A stretch of 64,000 bases of DNA from Felis catus (GCF_018350175.1 NC_058368.1:23624001-23688000), one strand, 5' to 3'. Shown: positions 48,996-63,103, numbered from the stretch's first letter. Notes: generated from the letters alone by a model not told the origin. Program-made: numbers and translations.

Positions 48996-50712
48996 GCCTG
49001 CTAGGAGAACATTTCTCTGTAGATTTGGCTGAATCAGCTATGGCATGGGCATGTGGGTGTTTTCTGTACCTTTAACGTCAACATTTCATCTCTTGCAACA
49101 GATGGAATTTAGAAAATGAAAAAGAACAAAGGAAAATGGTTTTTAAATGTCCTTATTTGTTATGTATGTGTTGGTGGAGTTTTGTGGGAGAGGAAAAGGG
49201 GGAAATTAGAAGATAGGGTGCTTACATGGTAATAAAATTAATTCCATGTATTTACAGTTTCTTGCAATGTGGGGCAATTTATTCATTCCCTGAAAGCCTA
49301 CTATGCATGAGGCTATGAACTAGATGCTATAGAATATTTAGATCTATAGTCCAATCTCTGAGAATCTGCACTTAAACATGCAATGGCGGGTGTGGAGAAA
49401 GCTATATATAATACAAAGCATAATTGCTTTACGTGTAGTGTATTCCCACAAAGCTTAGGACAGGGAGGGAATCAGGTAAGACCTCAGGACACAGATGGCA
49501 GCATAGCATCAAAGGAAAGGCAGGAGTTTGAGAAGCAGTATTTGGTCTTCCCTGCTTTCCAATAATGAGAGCAATACTGTATAATGGATCAAACTCTACA
49601 GTCACAATTAGTTAATTAGGATGGTCTCCTCATGGATGTTGGCATTAGAAATGAAACTATATGCTGCATAAAAACTGCACACAAGTTAAAATTTTAAGAC
49701 ACTTAAAATGGGAGTCAAAAGAGGTTATTTTATGCCAATTAACTGAATTTTTGTTTTGTGATTAGCCTAAAAGGAACTTAAAACTAACCTGAATCATGAC
49801 TTCTCTTCAGTGAGCCATTATGAATTTGAGAAAAAGGGATTTTCAACACTCTCCATAAAGTTTTAAGCAAATGCAGTCTATGAATTTTTTTAAAGCAGAA
49901 ATCAAGTAATTCATCTACCAAAATATTTTTGTCTATGTGAATATAAACCCACTTCAACTTAGGACATAATTTGATTCGGTTTGAACAAAATTCTATTTTC
50001 CTTTATAACCTTCCTTAGATCATACCATATCCAGCACAGCTAATTGCTTTTCAGCATTTAAATGTGAGAGGGGACTTCACTCTCCTCTCTCAAGGCAATT
50101 TGGTACGTAAATAGCAAGGCAGTGTTCTGACTCATGTAAGTCACACAGTAGTCTGTAAATGTTACAACCTTTCTTTAAAGGTGAAATGATAAATGCAAAG
50201 TGACCCCTAAGGATTTAATAATTCAAGCGGTCTAGTTTTCTGTTACATAATCTCCTTTTCCTTAGAAAACGTTTAGTTATATGCCCTTTACAGTGGTAAA
50301 TTAAACAGGAGGACCTAAGAAAAGGAAACTGCATATGAGATTCTCTGTCTTCCTAGGGCAATAGGGGTCTGCAGTATAGCAGAGGGGCTCATTAAAGAAT
50401 GACCCATTCTATGTAGACTTAGATCAGTACAAGAGAGCCTTCAATTTCACAGTACTTCTATTAGGAAAACTAAACCATAATAAACTGGAAGCTTCAGTAG
50501 AAAAATAAATTTCAATCAAAGATTTGGTTAAAAAATCAAATGGGGAAGTGAGAAAAATCAGGCTCTATGATAAAAAAATTAAAAATTGCATGGTATAAAT
50601 TTTAAAACCGTCAAAGTTACAGTCATTTTGCAAGAATGTGTGGTCACATTTACGTAAAGCAAACCTGCCTATGTTTAGTCTCGGGTCTAACGTATTTTCA
50701 CATTTAAAATAC

Positions 50713-50782
50713 TGAAATGAAATGAAATGAAATGAAATGAAATGAAATGAAATGAAATGAAATGAAATGAAATGAAATGAAA
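50713..50782. repeat. (TGAAA)14 perfect pentanucleotide repeat
   Basis: Directly visible. Confidence 0.97.
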
Positions 50783-51094
50783 TAAGTTGATCCTGCCTGC
50801 TTAGCACTGAAAGGGTCAGGAACTCAGTCTATAGAAAGTTCCCATAAGATACCCAGATCTCAGTCCACCTTCAAGGCTTGTAAAATACATTTAGGAAAGA
50901 GAATTAATGTTTAACCTCTGAGCAACTTCTGGCTCTAAATGACATTATTTATAGTCACACAAGATTCAGGAGATTGAGCTACTTGGTTCAGGCTCTGGAT
51001 TTTCAGTGAAATGTTTGATGGATTCTGCCCCAGTCTCTTCACAGGACCAGGAAGAATCCATTGAAGGTAATATAAGAATTCAACACACAATCGT

Positions 51095-51362
51095 TGTTTT
51101 TTAAATAGCAGTACTTGTTTGAGCAATTTTAGGTTCACAGCAAGAGTGAGAAGAAAATACCAAGTTCTCCTATATTCCCTTTCCCCGCCTTGTGATGCTT
51201 CCTTCTCTATCATCATCCCCCTACCAGAGAAGTACATTTGCTACAATCTGTGAATCTACGTTGGCACATCATTATCTCCAAAAGTCCCTAACTTATATTA
51301 GGGTTCCCTCTTGGTATTGTGCATTCTATGGGTTTTGACAAACGTATGACGACATGCATCCG
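51095..51362 (-). mobile_element. L1MC1-like 3' end
   Basis: gcaattttaggttcacagcaa...tgcattctatgggttttgacaaa. Confidence 0.85.
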
Positions 51363-51431
51363 ATAGTATTTTTTTAGGTTTGATAATGCAGGAAATTAAT
51401 GTGAAACAGATTCACAAATTTGAAATTCTAG

Positions 51432-51777
51432 TGAAAGAAAAATTGTACCAGGTAAGTGAGACAGGCAGGAAGACTTTATTCAAGACTACTGCAATAGGGG
51501 TCAAGACAATTATAGTAGAGGAGAGAGATTAAACTCTGCTCCGCTGAAATAAAAGATAAGAGAGTTTCTAAGTGCTGGAGTGAGATGGTAGAAAAGTACT
51601 GGAGGACGTGGAGGGGGAGTTTTTATTAAGGGAATTAAATTTTAATTAAGGGAGTTCCTTAATGTGATTAAACCATCTGTGTTTGCTAACTGTAAATTAC
51701 CTAAGTTAGGTTCCTACCCTCCCTCAGAGACTGGAAGACAAGGGCCACGAATAACCTTGATGATTACATTTCAACGT

Positions 51778-51828
<51 letters not shown>

Positions 51829-52300
51829 TGGATGGGACAGAGAGAGGCAGAGCATGAACGGGGGAGGGGCAGAGAGAGAGGGAGACACAGAATCGGAAAC
51901 AGGCTCCAGGCTCTGAGCCATCAGCCCAGAGCCCGACGCGGGGCTCGAACCCACGGACTGCGAGATCGTGACCTGGCTGAAGTCGGATGCTTAACCGACT
52001 GTGCCACCCAGGCACCCCTTTTAAATTTTTTTCAACTTTTTTTTTTTATTTTTTTATTTTGATGATTACATTTCTAAGGGATGACTCCCAGCTCCTGAGA
52101 AAGATGTTCCTGGATTGTGAAGCCAGCAAGAGGCTGGGAGAAAATTTACATCTCAAAGAAGCAGAGAAATAATTTACAATTGCAAATTTGCTAAAGGCAC
52201 TGCTCTAAGAAAAAGGAAGTCAGGGACCTCTAGTCAGGAAGGAACCTTTCTGAAGTTCAGACAAACTGAAAGGAACATTAATGGCCTCCTGGTTGGTTCC
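51432..52300 (-). mobile_element. ERV1 MER4-group (MER101-like) solo LTR split by a SINE
   Basis: AATAAA on - strand at about 51475-51480; aatttacaattgcaa..ctctaagaaaa..gtcagg motifs. Confidence 0.7.
51773..52058 (-). mobile_element. SINEC_Fc with atypical ends
   Basis: TSD ttgatgattacatttc (51757-51772; 52059-52074); expanded (TTTA)n; 40 extra nt beyond the head. Confidence 0.95.
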
Positions 52301-53084
52301 ATAGAATAGATTTCAGGTGGTCACCAATGAACTGCTGTCTCAATTCTTTGAAAATAAAATTTCATATATCATGACTAAAACTGACCCCAGTTTCCTAAAT
52401 CAGGACAATTTCCAAAGACTTCACACTTGGTATAGAGACCACGGGATTGAGTGGTGAGTGCAGGAGGCAGCAGAGAAGGAGGAGTGGAGTCGGCACTTCT
52501 GAATAAAAGAGGTCACTGCAGACATGGAATTGTGGGCTTGGCAACAGCACCTTTTCTAATTTTTTCCCTCTTTCTCATAACTCTCAGTGACTTGCTGCTT
52601 TTTTATGTCTCTATTCTCCCTCTGAAACTACCTTGGTTCCACATGTGTGTGCATATTGGAATAAAGCAATGACACAGCGAATACCAGGAACAATGCTGTG
52701 CATAACTAACTCCTTTTTAATTCAGATGCATGGACGTGACCTTCTTTAGGGACAATAGAAGCCTCACTATAGTAGCAACTTTAGATTCAGTGCATCAAGT
52801 AATTAATTGCCTTCTAAGATGAAACTTCAGGCTGTGGTAGTATTGTTTATTAGGGAAAATGTTCTTGGACTCTAACTCTGAGATCATGGTCTTAAAAAGA
52901 AATCAAGGCAGCGGCAATGTGCACACCGGTACTGGAGAATGGGAGCCTAGACTATGACCAGCTGGTTTAGCCAGACTCACCTTCTCAGTTCAACAGCCAA
53001 GCATTGTCGACTGATTGCAGCCGTTTGCACATATGCACATGTTGAACTCCCATTTGCTCACTACTTTCAGGGAATAATTTTCTT

Positions 53085-53316
53085 TCTTTTTGTTTTTTTT
53101 ATGTTTATTTATGTATTTTGAGAGAAAGATAGAAAGAGAGAAAAAGAGAGGGAGGGAGGGACAAAGGGGCAGAGAGAGAGGGAAAGAGAGAATCCCAAGC
53201 AGGCTCCACGTTCAGCACAGAGTCTGACGCAGGGCTTGATCCCACGAACTGTGAAATAGCGACCTGAGCTGAAATCAAGAGTCAGACACTTAACTGATTA
53301 AGGCACCCAGGTGCCT
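53085..53316 (-). mobile_element. Can-SINE
   Basis: TSD gggaa(ta/gc)attttct. Confidence 0.93.
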
Positions 53317-53845
53317 CTCGGGGAAGCATTTTCTAATGATATCCTGAGCTATGACCAGGGGTGGAGCAGAAAGAGAACAAGGGTTGGGAATTATATTCCT
53401 AAGATAATAGGGACCAGGAATGTCTCTACTTACCTAGAGTGGGGTTTCTGAGACCAGAAACTGCCAGAGAAGATGAGAACATAAATTTTTGATTATAGTA
53501 TATTACAGAAGTTAGGGATGGTTCTAATTTGAGAATTGGAATATAAGGATGACCATCCATCTTCCTAATGTACAAGCCAAAGTCTCTCTTCCCCTCAAAA
53601 TTCAGATGCCAAAATATTCTCTTTTACTCTATGGTTTATCTGTCTGTGGTAGGGGAGAGGGGCTAAATTCTGTCTCCAGACTGGAAGCAAAGTCTTGGCT
53701 CTCTTCCCCTTTGAAGGAAGCTGAGTGCACTCCTCTGCCAGGCTCCCCTCACTTCTCTTCCTACTCTACAGTTCTCACTTCAGTGTTAGTCCTGTACCCA
53801 GATAACTGTTCTGGAGAGAAAAGACTTAGAATTTTAGGAATGCTG

Positions 53846-54047
53846 GAGGGTGCCTGGGTGGCTTAGTCAGTTAAGCAGCTGACTTCAGCTCAGGTCATGA
53901 TCTTGCGGTCTGTGAGTTTGAGACCTGCATCAGTCTCTGTGCTGACAGCTTGGAGCCTGGAGCCTGCTTCAGATTCTGTGTCTCCCTCTCTGTTCCTCCC
54001 CCACTCCCACTCTGTCTCTCTCTCAAAAATAAATAAAGATTAAAAAA
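53846..54047 (+). mobile_element. Can-SINE
   Basis: Perfect 18-bp TSD agaattttaggaatgctg (53828-53845; 54048-54065). Confidence 0.96.
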
Positions 54048-57000
54048 AGAATTTTAGGAATGCTGAATATCTTAAGGTCATTAGAGGGACATTGAAAAGG
54101 AGATGAGTAAGGGTCATTTTATCCTCAAATTCTTTTCTTGGAAATATTGCGAAATGCATGTTGAGTTAGAAAAGGATAGATAGGAAACCAGAGGCTGAAT
54201 TTTTGCTCTAGATATCAGCAGGTGCTTCCTCTACTTAATTCCTACATTCAGTTACTCCATCATTTTCCATGTTGACTTCATGGTTGTTCCTTTTCAGTTC
54301 AAGGCTTCAATGCTTTTGCCTTCATTCATGTTCACTCTTATGTGCATGAGAGACACTCTCATGTCTCGTGTCCACCTTGCTGCCTATTCCTCTGGTCTTA
54401 TTAGATGAGCCACTCTTAGAGCCATCTACTCACTCAGAAACACTAAAGGGTGTGGAAATCATGAGCGCTGACTAGTGCAGTCTGGGCAGTGTGTTGTTTC
54501 CATTTGGAGTACTGACTGCTCTGGACATGTTATGTACAAACATGCCTTATCTTTATAAAATCTAAGCTAAATGTTCCAAGAAATGGTTTCAAAAGGCCTC
54601 CAGGGACAATCAGACTTTATCCACTTTGACTTCCACATAAAAGTTCTTATTGTGCAAGCTTGGTCTCTTTTCATTCTCTCTGATCTGTCTCCATCCCTTC
54701 CACTGGCTCAGAGGACAAAGGCCATTTTGTCATACCATTCATAGCATCAGCAGGAAGGTTGGCTGAGGTTTGGGCATGAGAAATCTCTTATTCTGGCTTC
54801 TACTCTCTGATTTCTATTCCTACTGATTTCAACATCTTCTTTAGAGACAGACCCAAAGAGTAGGTAGTAGGCATTTGCACTGCCTCTGTTTCCTTGTGGA
54901 AGGAGACTCTGAATGGCAAGTTTTTCAGAATGAGAGGTCTGCCTGACCCAGGCAACCATCTCTGCACAAGAGGGCCTTTTTCTCCATAGCATTTGGGGTC
55001 TTCCTTGGCCTGGCAATTTATCATTCTTATGCCTACTATGCCCAGGGTCATGACAGTCCAGTCAATCAAGAAATGGACTGGTAAGTCAAGAGACATATTG
55101 TTGGTCACTTGCCAACAGGATTGGACTTCCTTATCTGGGCTAAAGAGATGTGACATGAATAATATGCTTAGTCCAATGATTTAAAATTACATTTTGTATG
55201 ATGATAAAGCTGGTCATCAGAAACATTAGGTTTATCATCTCTTTTGAAATGAAACATCAGAATACAGTTGGAAAAAATGGAAAGGAACAGGGTTTGTTAT
55301 AGTGTGAGAAGTCTTTTAATTGAAAAATAGAAAGTAAACAAAGGGATACAGACCAGTAAGAAATGAATTAAAAGGTCACAAATTACTGGATCACAGTCAC
55401 AAAATCCAAAGAGCAATGTGTCTTCCTGCCCCACGTGAGGGGTGGGGTGGTAACAAGGATCATGGAGATCACGGAGCCTATCATCAGGTTTATTTGACTC
55501 CTACATTGGAGAGGAACACACTTCCTTCTCCCTTGCAGACTAAGTATTACATTGGGTCTAATAAGGTGAAAGTGTAGAATAGTTTGAAGGTTTATAAGGC
55601 TCTTACTTCCTCAATTTACCTTTTTTGCCCACTTCCTAATTCCTGCACCTACTGAAACAAGATGGCATAGCAACTGATAGTCACACTCATGTGAAAATGA
55701 CTGATACCAGATCTGTTCCTGAGAGCATGTTTTGATAAGGGAGAAGGCAGAGGATAGAGAAAGGGCACCAAACTAAAGGAAAAAATAAGCCTGATGTGGC
55801 AGGGTTGACAGAAGGAATCGAATGATCTAGAGTTACCTTAATACTTGTTGGGGAAAAAAGTTTCTAGGTTTCTGTTGAGGCTAAGAATATGAAAATGAGA
55901 AAAGGAGGCATGCTAATGTTACACTGGAAGAAGAGCTTCCAAACAATGTGCCAATTGCTGGGACTTTTAAGAAATGTCAGATTATTCCCATTATGAAGAA
56001 AAAATTGTACGTAGCAAATAAGTCCAAAGCAAATTCAACCTCTCTTCCATGTTAGGTATAAATAATACATATATTTTTATTACTGAAAATATTTTCAATT
56101 GTACTTGACATATTAAAGATAGAAATTATATTAATGCAATATTAAAGTTATTAATATGAGTTTTCAGAGAGATTATTTTTCTGTAAGCCCAAGAGTTCTG
56201 AGAGTATTTTTTTAAACTACAAAGTAGACCAAGAATCTTCCTTTGGGCAAAATAGACTCATTTCTAATTGTTAGATTCATGTGTGTCATTAGCTTTTAGG
56301 CTATAACAATCATTCCATTAACAAAGAGAAAGATGGCTATCAGCTGTCTATATTGATAAACTATGGTTTTGTTTTGGAGTGGCTCAGAAGGAAATAGTTA
56401 AGAGCATAGATAACAAGAGTGATGGACTTCCATTATTCAAGATATTCCTATTTGCTTTCACAAAAAATGGAGGTCAACCAGGGATTTCTCACGTGTGGCA
56501 AGTTTCCAGTCCCGGTTCTTCCACTGATGTAATAGAGGAAGTTTGATGCAGTCATTGAATGATATAGTCCCATAAAGCCACACTTTCCTTATCCACACTG
56601 ACAAAACCATCCTTTTACTCTCAGTTCACCAGTAAACATCTCAGGAGATGTTCCCAGCAAGGAATTTTGCTCACCAAAACAACCTCTGAGCAAAGGAAAT
56701 TTATAGAAACATATTGCTCTTAAATGAATTATTTGGGTCATAGGAAGAAAAGCAAATGCATGGAAACTACATTTCAATTCCCCATTAAGCCACATGAAAG
56801 GTGTACTAGGCTCAAGTACCTAATATAGGCTAGCAATTTAACCAGAGGAACAGCTTGGAGGATATTGAAATAAATCATTTTGGTAATTTCAAAGAGTTTC
56901 TATAGAGATGCGCTGGATTTCTTTTTAATTATTCTACATCTGTTTAGAGATATGCAATTTCCATCTATGTAATTGGATTTTAAGTACTTTTTCATTACTA

Positions 57001-57607
57001 TAAATAAAGTGTTACATGCAATTACAGTGAAAAATCTGCAGTGCAAAAGCAAGCTGCAGCCCACAGGTTATGGCACTTTAGCATATGGAGGATGCTCTTC
57101 TTACAGTATGATGATAGCCAAATTCAAAAGAACACTTTACTCCTGGAGCTACATAATAGGCTGATTATATTGAAAGCATATTCACGTCCCACAATCATCT
57201 GGCAGGAAAGATAGCCCTCTTAAAACTTCATCTACTCCACTGGACAGTATCATGACTGGGAGAAATTATAAGCTGAATAAAGAATAACCCACCCAGGATA
57301 TAGGTCTAGGATGTTAATCAGAGTCTTGAAGAGATCAATCTATTTTTGTCTTGCTTCCAAACCTGAGATTTTTTCCCGAACAAAATCTGTTACTTTCAAG
57401 TCTGTGGGGGTGATTTTGGGTAAAGAAGTAGGAGGTATGTGTCCTTAGTATAGTGTAAATTTAGTGTAAATTTCAGCCTCTGACACCAACTTCCATCATA
57501 GGGGGCCACATTTAACCCCTCCTTTTCCAAGTTTCAGCTGGTAACAAGTTCAGGTTTTTCTTCACAGCTGCTGGATAGGAGAGGCGGATAATCCTAAAGT
57601 CATTTTT

Positions 57608-57615
57608 TCAAGTTT

Positions 57616-57685
<70 letters not shown>

Positions 57686-57806
57686 GACCTAAGCAGGCTC
57701 CACACTGTCAGCATGAAGCCATTGTGGAGCTCAAACCCATGAACTCATGACCTGAGTGGAAATCAAGAGTCCCTCTCTCAACTGACTGAGGCATCCAGGT
57801 GCTCCC
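57608..57806 (-). mobile_element. Can-SINE with expanded (GA)n
   Basis: TSD cctaaagtcattttt. Confidence 0.93.
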
Positions 57807-58149
57807 TAAAGTCATTTTTGAGCAAAGTCTAGATTTAACAAACACTACAATTGACAGGGACATTAGAGATCTCTTAGACACAACAAAAGTAAAAATGAGG
57901 AAGTTCAAGGAATGTTGCTTGAGACAGAGCCAAGTGTCAGAAGACTCACCTTTACACTCATCAACTTGCTCCTTTCTTTCCATCCTCTTCCCTTTTTACT
58001 TACCAAAACAGCCTCTCCATTTTAGCTGTGTGGTATGCCAAGTACGTTACCATTGCTCACACTAATTTCCTACTGCCTCCCGCTTCACCCTACACCATCT
58101 GCTGAACCATCCTCCCATGTCCTTTCTTGCCTTAAGATTTAAATACAGT

Positions 58150-59168
58150 TTTTAAAAAATGGTCAGAAGACATGAATAGACATCTTTTTTTCCAAAGAAG
58201 ACATCCAGATGGCCAAGAGACAGATGCTCAATATCATTCATCATCAGGGAAATACAAAACTACAATGAGATATTACCTCACATCAGCGAGAACGGCAAAA
58301 ACTAGCAACATAGGAAACAACAGGTGTTGGCAACGATGTGGAGAAAGGGAAACCATATTAACTCTGTTAATAGGAATGCAAATTGGAACAGCCACTCTGG
58401 AAAACAGTGTAGAGATTCCTCAAAAAGTTAAAAATAGAACTGCCCTATGATCCAGCAATTGCACTACTAGGTATTTACCCAAAAGGTACAAAAATACTAA
58501 TTTGAAGGGATTTATGTACCCTGATGTTTATAGTAGCATTATCAACAATAGCCAAATTATGGAAAAAGTCCAAATGTCCATTGACTGATGAATGGATAAA
58601 GAAGAGGTGGTGTATATATACAATAGAATATTACTTGGCTGTAAAAAGAATGAAATCTTGCCATTTGCAATGATGTGGATGGAGCTAGAGAGTGTTATGC
58701 TAAGTGAAATAAGTCAGAGAAAGACAACATATGATTTCATTCATATGTAGAATTCAATAAACAAAACAAATGAACAGAGGGGAAGAAAAGAGAGGCAAAC
58801 CAAGAAACTTTTTTTTTTAATTTTAATTTTGAGAGAGAGAGGAAAAGAGAGAGAATCCCAAGTAGGTTCCCTTGAATCCATGAACGGTGAAATCATGACA
58901 TGAGCCAAAGTCAGATGCTTAAATGACTGAGCCACCCAGGTGCCCAGACTCTGAACTATACACAGCAAACTGATGGCTACTAGTTGGGAGGTGGGTGGGT
59001 GTGAGGGGGATGGGTTAGACAAGTGACGGGTATTAAGGATTACACTTGTCATAATGAGCACCGGGTGTTGTATGTAAGTGATGAACCACTGAATTCTACA
59101 CCTGAGACTAATATTGCACCGTACGTTAGCTAGCTGGACTAGTTAAAATAAAAACTTGAGGAAAAAAA
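58150..59168 (+). mobile_element. 5'-truncated carnivore L1
   Basis: ORF2 C-terminal remnant and 3' UTR to the A tail. Confidence 0.93.
58809..58945 (-). mobile_element. Internally deleted Can-SINE without TSD, in L1 3' UTR
   Basis: Poly(T), GA tract and head present; middle segment missing. Confidence 0.9.
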
Positions 59169-60199
59169 TATGTAACTCCAGTGTCATCATCCCCCACCAG
59201 AAAGTTTTAACATATTATCTATTCAAATCTATGCAGCCTCAATGGACATAGTGTATATTCTATACAATAGCTTTGCTTTAGGTGGCTTCCTGTTATTTCC
59301 TTATTGTTTTGGATGTCCATTTTACTTTTACTTTCAATATCCATAGTTTCTTCTTTTGTATTCTCTCTGGATCTGTCTTCTGGTCCCTGCATGCAAGTTT
59401 TTGACAAAATGTGAGACAAAGTTCTTTCAGTCACTGAAATTGTACTTTAGCGGGGGAGAAGGAGCAAAAGCACATTAAATGAAGAAGGTCCAGTTTGTCT
59501 AGTGTGGCCCTGAGTCAATGATAGGTGTTCAGAGAAAGAATGGAACAGAGAAGGTTAGGCTCCTTTTTATCAATCAGTCAGCCTTTGTTGATTGGAATAA
59601 ATGCAACAGAACACTGAGGCCTACCTTACTACAAAAAAAGAAGATATTAATAAAAGCTCCCCATAACTTTGCACTTTGGGATGAAAATATGATAAAAAAC
59701 ACACTGTGAAGATCATTTGTATCACTTAAATATTTGACAATTAGATTTTCTTCAAGCTTTGGAATAATTTGCTATGTGTCTTGAGCCAATACTTTTTTGT
59801 GTGCCATCTTAAACATCTTTCTCATAAGCATTTATGATGGTCCTTTTCTGTCTTTCCCAGAAAGCATGAATCATTATTTATTCCTTTTGGAACAGACATG
59901 GAACCAGACTGGGAATTTTTTTGAGCTGCTTCCTGTTTTAGAAAGAATGGCTAGACGAGTGAGGCGATGAGTTAAAATTCACCAACATGATCACTTATGA
60001 AGTGTTTCTTATGAACTTGTGTATGAGGCATTAGGAAAATTAAATACCCATTTGCATTATACCCTATTACATATTTGCCCTCAGATTAAGCAACCCTCTA
60101 CTGAATTAATTGTATGTTGGGAGCTTTACAAATTGGCACTTTATTTACTTGAACATCAGTGAAAGATAAATCTCATCATGTCCAAATTTTAAATATAAG

Positions 60200-60655
60200 T
60201 TTTTTATCGGAGATATTTTTTTTTGCAAATATTTCTCTAAGCCTGTGGCCTGTGTTGTCAGTCTCTTAACAATGTCTTTGATCAAGCAGAAGTCTTTAAT
60301 CGTAGTGACACTTTTTTTTTCTCACAAATTGTGGTTTTGATGTTGTATCATCAAAAGCCACTGCCAAATCCCATGTTATATAGATTTCTTCCTTTGTTTT
60401 CTTCTAGAAGTTTCACAGTTTTGCATTTTACACTTAGATATATGGTTCATTTTGAGTTAATCTCATGTAAAGTGTAAGGGCTGTGTCTGGGTTTATTTTT
60501 CTGTGTGGGGATGTCTTATTGTTCTGGCACTATCTGTCCTTTCTTCAATGAATTGCCTTTGCTCCATAACAGAAATCAGTTGACTTTAACTGTGTGGGTC
60601 TAGTTATGGGCTCTCCATTCTGATCTACTGATCTATGGGTCTATGCTTTTGCCAT
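60200..60655 (-). mobile_element. Old L1 ORF2 fragment
   Basis: ttttgcaaatattt...cattttgagttaa...attgcctttgctcc. Confidence 0.75.
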
Positions 60656-60657
60656 TT

Positions 60658-60775
60658 TTCCCAATTTTAACAGATTAAGAAACCATCCCAAGGAAGTTAA
60701 CTGGCCATCTCAAAGTCACACAGTTGCTAGGTTGCAGAGTAGGAATTTGAACCTATGTCCTTTGAAGTCTTGTAG
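60658..60775 (-). mobile_element. MIR
   Basis: aagtcacacagttgctag..gcagagtaggaatttgaacc. Confidence 0.65.
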
Positions 60776-62042
60776 AACACCCAGCCCATTAACCTCCAGC
60801 TATCTCTTTTCCAGTGGAGAACAACAACAACAACAAAACGTGTGTGGTCATTCATCATAATGCAATAACCAATCCATTCTTGCATTCTTCTCTTTGGTCC
60901 TAATACCTGCTGCACATTGGCCACATGGGGGCAGAGTTGCCAGAGAGAGTGGCTGCTGGATAGATGACCCGCTGTAACACAGTAAGTCCCATCCCACAGT
61001 AAGTTCTTACAGTCAGAACCTTGGCATTGTTGGATTTGAAGTTGATTGCTTTACTAAAATATGCACAGGTGCAAATTTTCAAAAGTCCCTTCACAATCTA
61101 AGACGGAAGATTTCTGATAACACTGTATGGGCCAGATAACGACGTGAGCTGCTAATGATGCAGCTGCAAAGGGCTTAGTCGCTGCTCCTGGTCCCACTTT
61201 ACATAAAGGAAGTTTATAGAAAGGAGAGAGGGTGCAATCAGTTGAGTTGGGAGAAAATGCTCAGAGCCCTAATTTTGCTACTATACACATTTTTAGAGAA
61301 GGAAAAGTTTAGTTTCAAGATTTCTTTTTGATTTTTTAGAAAGCACAATAATTTAGAATGATGTGAGGGTGGAATTCTGTAAGATCTAGTTATCTTTTTT
61401 TTTTTTTTTAAACTTAAGTAAGATATGGGCTTTAGATGGATGGGCCGTGTATCCTTGCTTTCAGAATGGAAGGACTTTCTGGTCTTTGGCCCACAGAAAA
61501 TTTTTCAACCAACAGTAAAAGGACTTCAAGACTTAAGTCACCTTCTATGGAACTTGGGTGAAACCTAGGGGAGAATTCTGCATAATGAAAGTATTCTAAA
61601 ATTGTAATAATGATCACATAGGATAATTACAAATCTTCCTCATCCTTGCATTTTATGATGGCTAAGTGGGATTATGGCAGGAGGATGAATGATAATCTGG
61701 TTAGGGATCTTTTCATTCTGAGATCCTATAATACAGTATACCTGATAGTGCACCTCAGATACTTTATTATCTGAGATATAAACCTTGTCTCCTAAATATT
61801 TTACGCTTTCAAACTTAAAGGTTAGAGATGATGTAGAAGACATACAGGTTGTAGGATAGGATATCGCAGAATTCCTAAAATGATGTTGGCAAAGTAATTG
61901 TGAGATGTTTGAAATATAAAATCTAGGTTCTTTAGTAATATGTAGTGCAAGATATAATATGTATGACCTTAAGGGGTCAAGATGTTATTAGAAAATAATT
62001 TATATAGATTTATATAGGTAGCAATGTTGAAACAGATATTAT

Positions 62043-62242
62043 TAATTTTTACTAAAATTTAAAAAATGTTCATTAATTTATTTTGAGAGAGAAAAAGGGA
62101 GGGAGAGAGCAAGCGCAGGGTAGGGGTAGAGAGAGAGAGAGAATCTCAGTGCAAACCCAACATGGGGTTCGAACTCACCAACCATGAGATCATGACCAGG
62201 CCCAAAGTATGACACTTAACCAACTAAGCCACACAGGCGCCC
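62043..62242 (-). mobile_element. Can-SINE
   Basis: Degenerate TSD tgaaa..gatatt. Confidence 0.9.
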
Positions 62243-63103
62243 TGAAATGGATATTCTTTAAGATGTTTTATACATTAAAATAGTTAGGACAAAACTCTCT
62301 TACTGAAATGAAATTACTCCCCAAATGCTGTCTTCCAGATTTGCTTTTTGCACAGTGTAATCTTGGCAATTCCTCACATCTCTCAAAAGCAGGGATCTGC
62401 ATTTATACTATCAAAGCATTCAGAACTTCAAACTTCCTCTCTGGCATCAACATGCTTTGCAATATCTATATTGAAAATATGGACTAAATACTTTGTGATA
62501 TATATTCTCTGTGTTAATTTTGAACTTTGAAATATATGGGAGTTAGTAATTTTCTACCAGAACCAACAGCTGCAAAATAAATCGATTTTAAACTTTACAG
62601 AAAAAAAGACCACATTCTGTTGATGTGTGAAGGGCTCTTAAGAGTCCTTAAAGTCCAACTCTCTACTTTTACAAATTAGGAATGGTCAGAGAATGAAATG
62701 CCTGCCTGAGATTCTAGAATGCAATAGTGACACAGCCAGATATCTGGACCCTCTGCACAATTCCGTATTTCCTTTGAGCATGAAAATGAGCCCTCACTGC
62801 TGCGTAACTATTTTATATAAGTGAAAACAATATATGCTTAAAAAAGATATCTTCAGTTTTTCAAGGACAAGTTCTCAGTCGAACTTGTCCAGGACTCATT
62901 TAGAGGATAAAAATGATAGCTGAGTCAGTGTGAGGGTATCAGGTCTTACAAATAAGTACACGTGGATCAAAACTTGTAATTAAAAAAACAAAAACAAAAC
63001 AAAACCTCAGAGGGTAGATCTGTTTCTCCAGAATCAACGTGCTTCTTCTTTTCTGGCAATGAACATACTGTTTCAAATGTAGACTAGAATGGTTTTCCAG
63101 TCC

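Noticed and set aside
54747..55184. Three overlapping ORFs of 63-118 aa
   Set aside because: No recognisable domain or coherent splice structure.
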